From Candidatus Shapirobacteria bacterium CG_4_10_14_0_8_um_filter_39_15 (lineage in GTDB: Bacteria; Patescibacteriota; Microgenomatia; UM-FILTER-39-15), in assembly GCA_002784465.1 (NCBI GenBank), contig PFLE01000008.1, positions 1-63,705 on the forward strand: 63,705 bases of DNA, written 5' to 3'. The stretch's first letter is position 1. Each line of letters begins with the position of its first letter. Below, piece by piece: positions 20,610-28,605 of this stretch. Both the position numbers and the translations under genes were made by a program. Under the pieces are notes generated by a model, which had not been told where the DNA came from, made no database searches, and worked only from the letters and a program-made list of their open reading frames with translations.

Positions 20610-21417
20610 TAATTTTAGTCCCCCTAGGTAGCAATATCTAGGAAAAAACTGGCTATATCGGTGAAACTCCTTGTTGTTTCGGGTATTATTTGGTATTATG
20701 GAAACAATGAGGACAATACCGAGGGAAGTCGGTTATTTTGAGGGTAGACGATAGAGGTTAGAAGTTGGAATTTGAAGCCTGCCTGCCGGCAGGCAGGTTA
20801 GAAAATAGAAGAAAAATTGATAAAATAAAAATGTGATAAAAACATTTCGTGATTTAGAGGTATACACGGAGTCTTACCAGTTAATGTTAATTGTACATGA
20901 AGGAGTTAAAAAATTCCCTGTGTATGAAAGGACAGATTTGGCTCCGCAAATGAGAAGATGTTCGAAATCACCTCCGGCAAATATCGCCGAAGGTTGGGCG
21001 AAGAGAAATTTTGAAAAAGAATTCAAAAAACATTTAGGGACGGCAATTGGTTCCTGCAACGAAATGGAAGTTCACATTGAAACAGCACGAGATTTAGGTT
21101 ACTGGGATAAAGAATTTTGTCAATCTCTTCTTAAAAGATACCAAAATGTAGGAGGTAAATTAAATAACCTCCGAGAAAATTGGAAAACATACTAACTTCA
21201 ACTTTCTACCATCATAATCTAATTTCTAGTTTCTATTGTCTATCTTCAATTTAATCTGACCCCGTAGAGACTGTACGCCGGTCCCGAGCTTAGCTCGGGA
21301 ATGATACAGTCCGAACTATACAGTAATGTATAGATCTCTAAAGAAATTTAGAGGCGCCCCGCACCGTATGGTGCAGGGTTAGTATCCCGATTTGTGTCGG
21401 GAGAAAGTAACAAAATG
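20610..21417 (+). mobile_element. 16S intron 2, group I, at GGGAT|TAGAGACC (about E. coli 788/789)
   Basis: The 5' exon ends in U and the intron ends in G. Core GTAGAGACTGTACG ... GATACAGTCC. Confidence 0.8.
20833..21195 (+). CDS. four-helix-bundle protein (23S rRNA intervening-sequence protein / Avd-like family)
   Basis: LEVY...SYQL ... QMRRCSKSPPANIAEGWAKR ... GSCNEMEVHIETARDLGY pattern. Confidence 0.8.
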   Translation: MIKTFRDLEVYTESYQLMLIVHEGVKKFPVYERTDLAPQMRRCSKSPPANIAEGWAKRNFEKEFKKHLGTAIGSCNEMEVHIETARDLGYWDKEFCQSLLKRYQNVGGKLNNLRENWKTY

Positions 21418-21504
21418 TAGAGACCCCTGTAGTCCTAACTGTAAACGATGCTCGCTAGATGGCCCCGTCTGACGGGGTTGTCGTAAGCTAACGCGTTAAG
21501 CGAG

Positions 21505-21537
<33 letters not shown>

Positions 21538-21680
21538 TAAAGGAATTGACGGGGAGGCGCACAACCAGGGGAGCGTGTGGTTTAATTCGAGACTAAACGA
21601 AGGACCTTACCTAGGTTTGACATGCTAGAAGTAGCTTCCGGAAACGGATAGTCACCCGTTAAGTCGGGGACTAGCACAGC

Positions 21681-21717
<37 letters not shown>

Positions 21718-21784
21718 CGGCTTTAGTGCCGGAACGAGCGCAACCCCTACTATCTGTTAAATATTCAGATAGGACAGCCCCGTC

Positions 21785-21914
21785 TCTTTTTCGCATCAGC
21801 TAACAGAATAAGATTTGAAATAAAGATTTATTTTGTTAGAAGATCGCGACGCTAGCCCGAATAGGGCTGGGCTATTCGCCCACGCGTCGCGGTATGAGAT
21901 TGGCGCGAAAAAGT
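21785..21914 (+). other. 130-nt expansion segment in the 16S (tip of the helix before GGAGGAAGG)
   Basis: Flanked by CCCCGTC / GACGGGG. Its ends are self-complementary (CTTTTTCGC / GCGAAAAAG). No intron core motifs. Confidence 0.7.
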
Positions 21915-22142
21915 GACGGGGAGGAAGGAGGGGACGACGTCAAGTCAGCACGGCGCTTATGTCTAGGGCAACACACACACTACAATGGATCGGACAACGA
22001 GTTGCGAGCGCGCAAGCGTAAGCTAATCTCTTAAACCGATCCTCAGTTGGGATTGCGGGCTGTAACTCGCCCGCATGAACCCGGACTTGGTAGTAATCGC
22101 GGGTCAGCAAACCGCGGTGAATACGTTCTCGCCTCTTGTACA

Positions 22143-23038
22143 AAATAAATGCGCTTGGCAGTTTAGAAAACTAAGTGGTGAAAATCCACTTTTATAGAGA
22201 AATCATACTTAGAAATTAGATTAAGGATATGATTTTTATATATCTGTCACAAATGTTGTGACAGCTATAGTTGCGGACAGTCTTGAGGGGTAACCCGAAG
22301 GATGAAGGGTCCTATATACAAAGAGCAGTCCTCTTTTCAAAAGGGCAATAACGATCTGATTATGTGTACAGCAGAGAAGTTATTTTAAAAACCCAGAGGA
22401 ATGTTTGAAAAAGTTTTTTAAATGACCCAAGGAGATCCTGTGTGCATCAGAACTATAATCGGCCACAGGAAGTCAGCTGAGTCCATAGTAAGTAAAACTT
22501 GACAGGTCTATAAATAGTATCTAAATTAGAGATAGACCCGAAGCTTTACCGAAGGGACGAACTATATGTTAAATCCTCATTATATTGTCGGATTTGTTGA
22601 TGGCGAAGGATGCTTTAGTGTGTCCATAAGCCGAAAACGATTTCGAATACCTGAGGTTAGACTCAAATTTGAAATTGAGCTTAAAGGGGATGACGAACCA
22701 ATTCTGAAAGAGATCTAAAAATTTCTAGGTTGCGGATCAATCTACCATTTGGAATATAAAAAATACAAATGGGGACCGCATGCGAAATTTATGGTTGGTT
22801 TACAGAAAGATCTTATTAATAAAATAATACCTTTCTTTAAAAAATATCCTCTTCAGGCAAAAAAGAGAAAACAATTTGAGTTTTTCTGTAAGGTCGAAAA
22901 CATGATTCTTAAAGGGGAACATAGAAATCTTGAAGGAATTGAGAAGATAAGATTAATGAGAGAAAAACAACATATAGACTCGCTGGATGCGCTAGACGCG
23001 CACGTCCAGTGGGGCGTGGAATAGTTCTTAACCATGAT
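22143..23038 (+). mobile_element. 16S intron 3, between TTGTACA and CACCGCCCGTC (about E. coli 1396/1397)
   Basis: Joining the flanks restores the universal TGTACACACCGCCCGTC. The intron class is uncertain (no terminal G). Confidence 0.65.
22566..23024 (+). pseudogene. LAGLIDADG homing endonuclease (single-motif type) with an in-frame TAA
   Basis: MLNPHYIVGFVDGEGCFSV...ILKEI, then a stop at 22716-22718, then KFLGCGSIYH... in the same frame. The ORF track shows only 22749..23024. Confidence 0.7.
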
Positions 23039-23127
23039 CACCGCCCGTCAAATGAGCAAAGTCGGGGGTGCCTGAAGCTCCTGCTTAGCAGGAATGAAGG
23101 TAAACTCGGCGATGAGCATTAAGTCGT

Positions 23128-23836
23128 AAACTTGTTGCGACCTGCAATCGTAAGAATGCAGGAAAATCTAACTGTATCGGTGAAGCCTAAATCCGCCAGC
23201 TGGCGGATACGGTAATACCGAGGGAAGCTTGTTTCGGTAAAACAGTTGAACAGTTAAACAGTAAGACAGTAATCAGTGTAACGGTAATATGTTAGACTTA
23301 GTTAATGGCAACTATTTGGAGTGTTAAGCAACTTAGGGTATATCAGCGGCCATTGAAACTTTTGCCGCAATTGTATGATCTTGCTTATTCACTTCCAGTG
23401 ATTCGCCAAAAATTAAGAAAACAGATCATTAATTGCGGGGAAGGAATAGCCCCGTTGATTGCGGAAGGATTTGCTAAAAGAAGAAATGAAGCGGAAGTAA
23501 AAAGATTCTTCGAAATGGCAATGGGAGAGAGTGATGAATTAGCTACTCACCTAGAGCAAGTCAAAATTCTGGCAAATCGGTTTAAGAGTGTTAGAGTTGA
23601 ATTGTGTCAAAAGTTAATTGAAGAATACACAATCGAATCAAAAGAACTCTATAACCTTATTAAAAATTGGAATAATCATCCAACAAAATGATTTACCGTT
23701 TTACTGACTACTGTTTTACTGCAATACTGTTTAACAGATTTACAGATTCATAGCCCCGTAGAGACTACACGTTGGCCCCAGCTCAGCTGGGTGAAGATAT
23801 AGTCCATGCCTCGATGAAAATCGAGGAACACCAATG
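23128..23836 (+). mobile_element. 16S intron 4, group I, at AAGTCGT|AACAAGG (about E. coli 1498/1499)
   Basis: The 5' exon ends in U and the intron ends in G. Core GTAGAGACTACACG ... GATATAGTCC. Confidence 0.8.
23305..23691 (+). CDS. four-helix-bundle protein (IVS-protein / Avd-like family)
   Basis: LRVYQRPLKL ... INCGEGIAPLIAEGFAKR ... GESDELATHLEQ pattern, inside 16S intron 4. Confidence 0.8.
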   Translation: MATIWSVKQLRVYQRPLKLLPQLYDLAYSLPVIRQKLRKQIINCGEGIAPLIAEGFAKRRNEAEVKRFFEMAMGESDELATHLEQVKILANRFKSVRVELCQKLIEEYTIESKELYNLIKNWNNHPTK

Positions 23837-24007
23837 AACAAGGTATCCGTTCTGGAAGGAGCGGATGGATCACCTCCTTTCTAAGGAGATGTTTCACGAA
23901 CCTGTACTATTATGGTATAGGGAAAGGTATACACCCAAGCTTTTTTGGTTTGCTTGTAAAAGTTAACCATCACCTTCCCTTCACATTTTGGATATCAAAC
24001 AAAAAAA

Positions 24008-24033
24008 ATCCTGGTATTTGCCAGGATTTTTTG
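24008..24033 (+). terminator. terminator-like hairpin between the 16S and the tRNA cluster
   Basis: A-run, ATCCTGG / CCAGGAT stem, T-run. Confidence 0.35.
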
Positions 24034-24202
24034 GTTGTGATAAAATTCTACGCAAGGGCTGCTGGTTCCCTAAAAACACTTCGGTGTTTTGAGGGTAAAC
24101 ATCGGCTTGCACTAAAAATTTGTTTCGACAAATTTTCAGTGCAGAACGCTTTCCTGATGACGGTTGAATTTATTAACCGATATATAAGTTGCGAATAAAA
24201 AG

Positions 24203-24411
24203 GGGTCGCTAGCTCAGTTGGTTAGAGCGCATTCCTGATAGCTAGCGCTTTGCGCTAGATATATCAGATGTAATTTATGGGCTACTAGTTCATCGGTAGA
24301 ACGCTTACCTGATAAGTAAGAAGTACATGGTTCGATTCCATGGTAGCCCACAAATAAATTACATCTGTTATAAGAATGAGGTCTCAGGTTCGAATCCTGA
24401 GCGACCCACCA
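24203..24411 (+). tRNA. tRNA-Ile(GAU) (A), canonical sequence with encoded CCA but split after position 37 by a 132-nt insert (24241-24372)
   Basis: The exons GGGTCGCTAGCTCAGTTGGTTAGAGCGCATTCCTGATA and AGAATGAGGTCTCAGGTTCGAATCCTGAGCGACCCACCA fold into a perfect cloverleaf. Confidence 0.75.
24279..24350 (+). tRNA. tRNA-Ile(GAU) (B), uninterrupted, innermost
   Basis: 72 nt: GGGCTAC TA GTTC ATCGGTA GAAC G CTTAC CTGATAA GTAAG AAGTA CATGG TTCGATT CCATG GTAGCCC A. Confidence 0.85.
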
Positions 24412-24495
24412 TAGAAATTCGCAACTTCTATAAGAAAGAAGTACCAGGTCCGACTCCTGGGCAGCCCACCCTGGTTTGTTTGGTATTTTTACAAG

Positions 24496-24696
24496 ATGAA
24501 AAGAATTTATACTATCTTAATAGTTCTATTTATTTTATCCGGAATATTGTTACTTCTGTCCTTGCTTGGCGTCCCGCCGCTTTCGGGAAGAAACGGTTTG
24601 CTTCGGGTGTGCAGGTTTAATGAGCAAACAGCCAAAAATGATGTTTGCCGTTGGGTTTGGGACAAAACTTTGAATCAGCCCTCAATTTATTTTTAA
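24496..24696 (+). CDS. small membrane/secreted hypothetical protein
   Basis: 66 aa with hydrophobic N-terminus ILIVLFILSGILLLLSLLG. Confidence 0.4.
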   Translation: MKRIYTILIVLFILSGILLLLSLLGVPPLSGRNGLLRVCRFNEQTAKNDVCRWVWDKTLNQPSIYF

Positions 24697-24846
24697 TAAA
24701 GCTAAATGCAAAACCTAATTCTTCCCGGATTTTCCGAAAAAAATAAAGACTGAGCGGAGGAGACAAAAAGACAACTTGATAAATTTTCTGAATCAAAAGT
24801 AATTTATTGATATGCAAAGGACTCTCCTTGATATGTCGATATACAG

Positions 24847-25176
24847 ATGAAACACAAATTGTTTTTTACCAAACCTCCTGAACTAATTACTCTTGAACCA
24901 AGAATTAAAAAGCTTTTGGAAAAATATCATTTGGATCAATATTATTCGGTTGAGGATTTGGAGTTAATGATTTATGAATGTTTACCAGAGAACGAATTTA
25001 ATGTTTTTGATCCGGTAATTGAGCATCTTGTTTTGGCAGAGGATAAGGCAGACTTTCTGATTTTTCTGAACAATGAACTTTGGAATGCGACTCCTTTAAA
25101 AATGTTAGGCGGTATATCACCAATACAAAGCATGAATTCTGATCGGTTAAAAGAAAAAAGGGAAGTGATGGATTAG
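24847..25176 (+). CDS. hypothetical protein
   Basis: 109-aa ORF. The C-terminal WNATPLKMLGGISP is reminiscent of DUF2384-type antitoxin C-termini, but this is weak. Confidence 0.5.
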   Translation: MKHKLFFTKPPELITLEPRIKKLLEKYHLDQYYSVEDLELMIYECLPENEFNVFDPVIEHLVLAEDKADFLIFLNNELWNATPLKMLGGISPIQSMNSDRLKEKREVMD

Positions 25177-25186
25177 GGTTAGATGA

Positions 25187-25214
25187 TTGACAAAAACTAT
25201 TATTTTGGTATAAT
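25187..25214 (+). promoter_or_regulatory. near-consensus sigma70 promoter
   Basis: TTGACA, 16-nt spacer, TATAAT. It is followed by the hairpin CCTGCAA...TTGCAGG plus a T-run at 25231-25264. Confidence 0.5.
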
Positions 25215-25280
25215 TTAGTTACTTAAATCTCCTGCAACACCGCAAGGTCTTTGCAGGATTTTTTATGCTATAATTTAATT

Positions 25281-25811
25281 GTGAAGCGTTGCCTTATTCT
25301 AATTGACGGAAGTAATTTTTATTTCAAATTAAAAGATCTTCAACTCCAAAATCTTCTTGAGTTTGATTTTTCTGGATTTACAAAGTTTTTAGTTAGTAAA
25401 AATAAACTTATCAAAGCTACTTATTATGTTGGGGCAATGCGAACCGATGGAACTGAAAGAGCCCAAAGATTGTTTAACGATCAGCGCAAGCTTTTATCCC
25501 ATTTAACAAAACAGGGTTTAAAATATTCTCTTGGATATTTATTAAAATCAAAAAATAAATTTCACGAAAAAGGGGTTGATGTTAATATAGCGGTAGATAT
25601 TCTTGTGGCCGTTTATGAAAACCAATGCGATCATCTTATTTTAGTTTCGTCGGATACTGATCTTTTACCGGAAATCAAAAAAGCTAAAGAAAAAGGCAAA
25701 ACGATTGAATATATTGGTTTTTCCCATCAACCAAGTTTAGCCATGGTTGCTAATTGTACGGAATCAAAATTACTTAAAAAAGAAGAAATTACCCCATTTG
25801 TTAAAAAATAA
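25281..25811 (+). CDS. NYN-domain (LabA/DUF88-like) predicted RNase
   Basis: LILIDGSNFY ... GVDVNIAVDIL ... LVSSDTDLLP. The GTG start at 25281 is preferred over the TTG at 25251. Confidence 0.75.
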   Translation: MKRCLILIDGSNFYFKLKDLQLQNLLEFDFSGFTKFLVSKNKLIKATYYVGAMRTDGTERAQRLFNDQRKLLSHLTKQGLKYSLGYLLKSKNKFHEKGVDVNIAVDILVAVYENQCDHLILVSSDTDLLPEIKKAKEKGKTIEYIGFSHQPSLAMVANCTESKLLKKEEITPFVKK

Positions 25812-25964
25812 CCCTAAAATCGTAACTATTTTCTGCCGACCGGTACAAAAGATTAACGTACTGGAGCAGAAAAAAAATAGGGAAATACCAAGGGTGTCAA
25901 TAGCAATTCACCTCTAAGGGGTACTTAAACAGAATATTATTTTGATTTAGTTTATAATTAATTT

Positions 25965-26528
25965 ATGGAAAACGAAGCTCCTGATAAATCGATTGAACAA
26001 GCTGAAAGAAGAAAAATAGGTTTATATAATAATGGTTATTCTATCGCTGCCCATGAAATCGGTCATGCATTAGTTGTTGACTCAATTTTTAAAGAACGAA
26101 GACATTATGAATTTAAGGTTGAGGTTATACCGGTAGTTAATTGGCGTAATCCAAAAGACCAAATGGGTTTTTATGGTGGAAACTCAAGAATAAGATTAAT
26201 AACCTTGTCGGATCAACTTCCAGTTAACGAAGAACAAGAAAAATTATTTGCGTCCTCAGGTGTTGCCGTCTGTAGGGTTATCGGAAGAAACGAAAATTTC
26301 CAACCACAAGCGCCTGGTAATGATGAAAAAGTTTTTACCCATAAAGGAAAATTTGATTCAGAAGAAGCAGAAAGATACGTAGCCTTGGCAACAAAAATAT
26401 TAGAACCAAATAAGGAGATAATTGACACTGCTGCTAAAAAGATTGCCAAGCAAATTTCCGAAACAACAAAACCTTTTATTCTTGACGAACAGAGGTTAAG
26501 AGAATTCTTAAGGCCAGAAATGGGATAA
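25965..26528 (+). CDS. hypothetical protein with an HExxH zinc-peptidase-like motif
   Basis: AAHEIGHALV motif, 187 aa. Confidence 0.5.
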   Translation: MENEAPDKSIEQAERRKIGLYNNGYSIAAHEIGHALVVDSIFKERRHYEFKVEVIPVVNWRNPKDQMGFYGGNSRIRLITLSDQLPVNEEQEKLFASSGVAVCRVIGRNENFQPQAPGNDEKVFTHKGKFDSEEAERYVALATKILEPNKEIIDTAAKKIAKQISETTKPFILDEQRLREFLRPEMG

Positions 26529-26547
26529 CTTCTCGATAAACCAACCC

Positions 26548-26577
26548 TTGACTTCCCCTAATCTCTTTTGTTATAAT
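26548..26577 (+). promoter_or_regulatory. candidate promoter upstream of tRNA-Ala/23S
   Basis: TTGACT, 18-nt spacer, TATAAT. Confidence 0.4.
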
Positions 26578-26743
26578 GCGGTTCACTGGGGAGCCAGAAA
26601 TTAGTAATGAAAATTCTTAAACAAATAATCCAAAACCTTAGGCGATTTTTGCGTGCGTAAATAGGAATTTTCAGTATCTTTTGAAGCTCCATTGGGAGCT
26701 CTATTTGTTTTTGCACATTATTTAATGGAACTCAAGGACAGAC

Positions 26744-26955
26744 GGGCCAATGGCTCAGTTGGCTCGCACTGAAAAATTGCGAACAATTTTTTAGTGTAAA
26801 TGCCTCGTTTGTTTAGCCCGTAAGGGCTGTTAGCTTAGCTGGTAGAGCGTCGCGTTTGCAACGCGAAGGTCGCCAGTTCGAATCTGGCACAGTCCACCAG
26901 TGAGGCCCTTTACGGGCCATCGAGGAGGTTAGGAGTTCGAGTCTCCTTGGGTCCA
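26744..26955 (+). pseudogene. outer tRNA-Ala-like shell, interrupted in the D region and anticodon loop
   Basis: Cloverleaf parts:
- acceptor GGGCCAA / TGGGTCC with G3:U70
- TGGCTCAGTTGG D-arm start
- anticodon stem CCTCG / CGAGG with loop TTTG...CAT (TGC if joined)
- intact T arm AGGAG TTCGAGT CTCCT. Confidence 0.55.
26824..26899 (+). tRNA. tRNA-Ala(UGC), uninterrupted, CCA encoded
   Basis: GGGCTGT...ACAGTCC acceptor with G3:U70, anticodon loop TTTGCAA, T loop TTCGAAT. Confidence 0.9.
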
Positions 26956-26964
26956 CTGGGGCTA

Positions 26965-27067
26965 GTCATTCTGAACGAAGTGAAGAATCTAGCGGGATGT
27001 ACCAGACGGTACGTCCCGAAGCGAATTGCGCTGCGGCTAGATCCTTCGGCCGATGCCTCAGGATGAC
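26965..27067. repeat. GTCATTC...GAATGAC composite palindromic element (family P3)
   Basis: GTCATTCTGAACGAAGTGAAGAATCTAGC ... GGGATGTACCAGACGGTACGTCCC ... GCTAGATCCTTCGGCCGATGCCTCAGGATGAC. Confidence 0.75.
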
Positions 27068-27684
27068 GATTAATTTTTGCGGTTGACGATTATTTTTTAA
27101 AATAGAAATTAATCGTCAGCTGAAAAAAGCTGGATGGTACCTTAAAAAGTGAAGAGAAAATATATAAGTAGGCCCTCCGATGCAAATCGGAGGAAAAGGT
27201 CTTAAACAGCTTAGTTTTTATTAAAGCAAGTGGTGGATGCCTTGGTAACAAGAGCCGAAGAAGGACGCAGTCGGCAGCGATATTCGTCGGGGAGGAGTCT
27301 AACATCCTTTGATCCGGCGGTTTCCGAATAGAGTAATCTCCTCGTAAGAGGGACTTGCACCATACGGTGCGAGTAGGGAACTGGGCGAACCGAAACATCC
27401 AAGTAGCCCAAGGAAAAGAAAATAATAATGATTCCGTCAGTAGCGGAGAGCGAAAGCGGAACAGCCTAAACCCGAACAAATCTCGCAAGAGATTTGCGCG
27501 GGTGTTGTAGGGTCTCATTATGGGAGTATTAAGAATAGTCAAACGGTGTGGAATTGCCGACCATAGAGAGTGAAAGTCTCGTAGACGAAATTCAAGATAC
27601 CTCTAGAGATACCTAAGTAACTCGAAGCACATACTTTGAGCGAATCTGGGGCAACCATGCTCCAAGGCTAAATACTCTTGTTGT

Positions 27685-27726
<42 letters not shown>

Positions 27727-27785
27727 CCGGTGAGGGGAGTGAAATAGAACCTGAAACCATTTGCTAACAAACAGTAAGAGCATCT

Positions 27786-27918
27786 CGTTTCCACTCGATG
27801 CTTAAGTCAAAAGTAAAAAGTTAAAAATCAAAAGTACAAGTAAAAATTAAAAATATACAATTGAAATTTTGACTTTTGCATTTTGAATTTTGCATTTGAA
27901 CACCGAGTGGAGGCGAGG
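27786..27918 (+). other. IVS/expansion at the helix-25 site of the 23S
   Basis: An AT-rich palindrome made of AAAAGTCAAAAG words replaces the short helix between AGTAAGAGC and GTGATTACGTGCC. Confidence 0.65.
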
Positions 27919-28486
27919 TGTGATTACGTGCCTATTGAAGAATGAACCGGCGAGTTCTCAATTACTGCATTAGTTTAAGCCGCTAATTACGGCTCAAGCG
28001 TAGCGAAAGCAAGTCTGAATAGGGCGTAATAAGCAGTTGTTGGGAGACCCGAAACCTGGCGAGCTAACCATGAACAGGGTGAGCCCCGATGAAAGTCGGG
28101 GGGAAGCCCGAACTCGTTGTCGTTGCAATGACATGAGATGATTTGCGGTTAGGGGTAATATGCCTAACGAGCCAGGAGATAGCTGGTTCTCCCCGAAATA
28201 TATATAGGTATAGCGTCCGTTAAACTTTTCCGGAGGTAGAGCACTGAATGGGTGTGGTAACGCAAGTTATTATACTCAATCAAACTCCGAATGCCGGAAA
28301 AAGATTTACGGGCAGTCAGAACGGTGGGTCTAAGCTCATCGCTCTAAAGGGAAACAACCCAGATTTCCATCTAAGGTCTCTAAATTTCTGTTAAGTGTTA
28401 AAGGAAGTGTTTTTCCTCAGACACCCAGGAGGTTGGCTCAGAAGCAGCCATCCTTGAAAGAAAGCGTAACAGCTCACTGGACGACA

Positions 28487-28605
28487 GCTCTCCTTCGCTT
28501 TTTGCTCCGAAAAAGCTACGGGACGAGCACCCTCTCTAATTAACAAAGGAGAGCGAGTGCCCTTCCGAAGCTTCGAACGAAGTAAGAAGCGGAGGAGGGT
28601 GGAGA
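28487..28605 (+). other. IVS/expansion at the helix-45 site of the 23S
   Basis: An extra segment of about 120 nt after AGCTCACTGGACGA and before TGCGCCTAAAACG. Confidence 0.6.

Larger units (their letters stand above)
24056..24468 (+). pseudogene. outer tRNA-Ile(GAU)-like gene (C), interrupted in the D loop and anticodon loop
   Basis: Cloverleaf parts:
- acceptor GGGCTGC / GCAGCCC
- D stem GTTC...GAAC
- anticodon stem CTTTC / GAAAG with loop CTGAT|AA split by 273 nt (24159-24431)
- T loop TCCGACT, which is off-consensus. Confidence 0.6.

Noticed and set aside
24159-24431. Archaeal-type bulge-helix-bulge introns, or group I introns, as the explanation for the interrupted tRNAs
   Set aside because: I could not draw a 3-4-3 BHB around either junction; only a weak TGAT/GTTA helix is possible. 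The inserts also lack the group I core words that are obvious in the rRNA introns. The question is left open in the finding.
24327-24620. 97-aa ORF across the tRNA-Ile nest
   Set aside because: It is read straight through tRNA T arms and acceptor stems (…GSNPERPT…GPTPGQPT…). This is an artefact of tRNA sequence.
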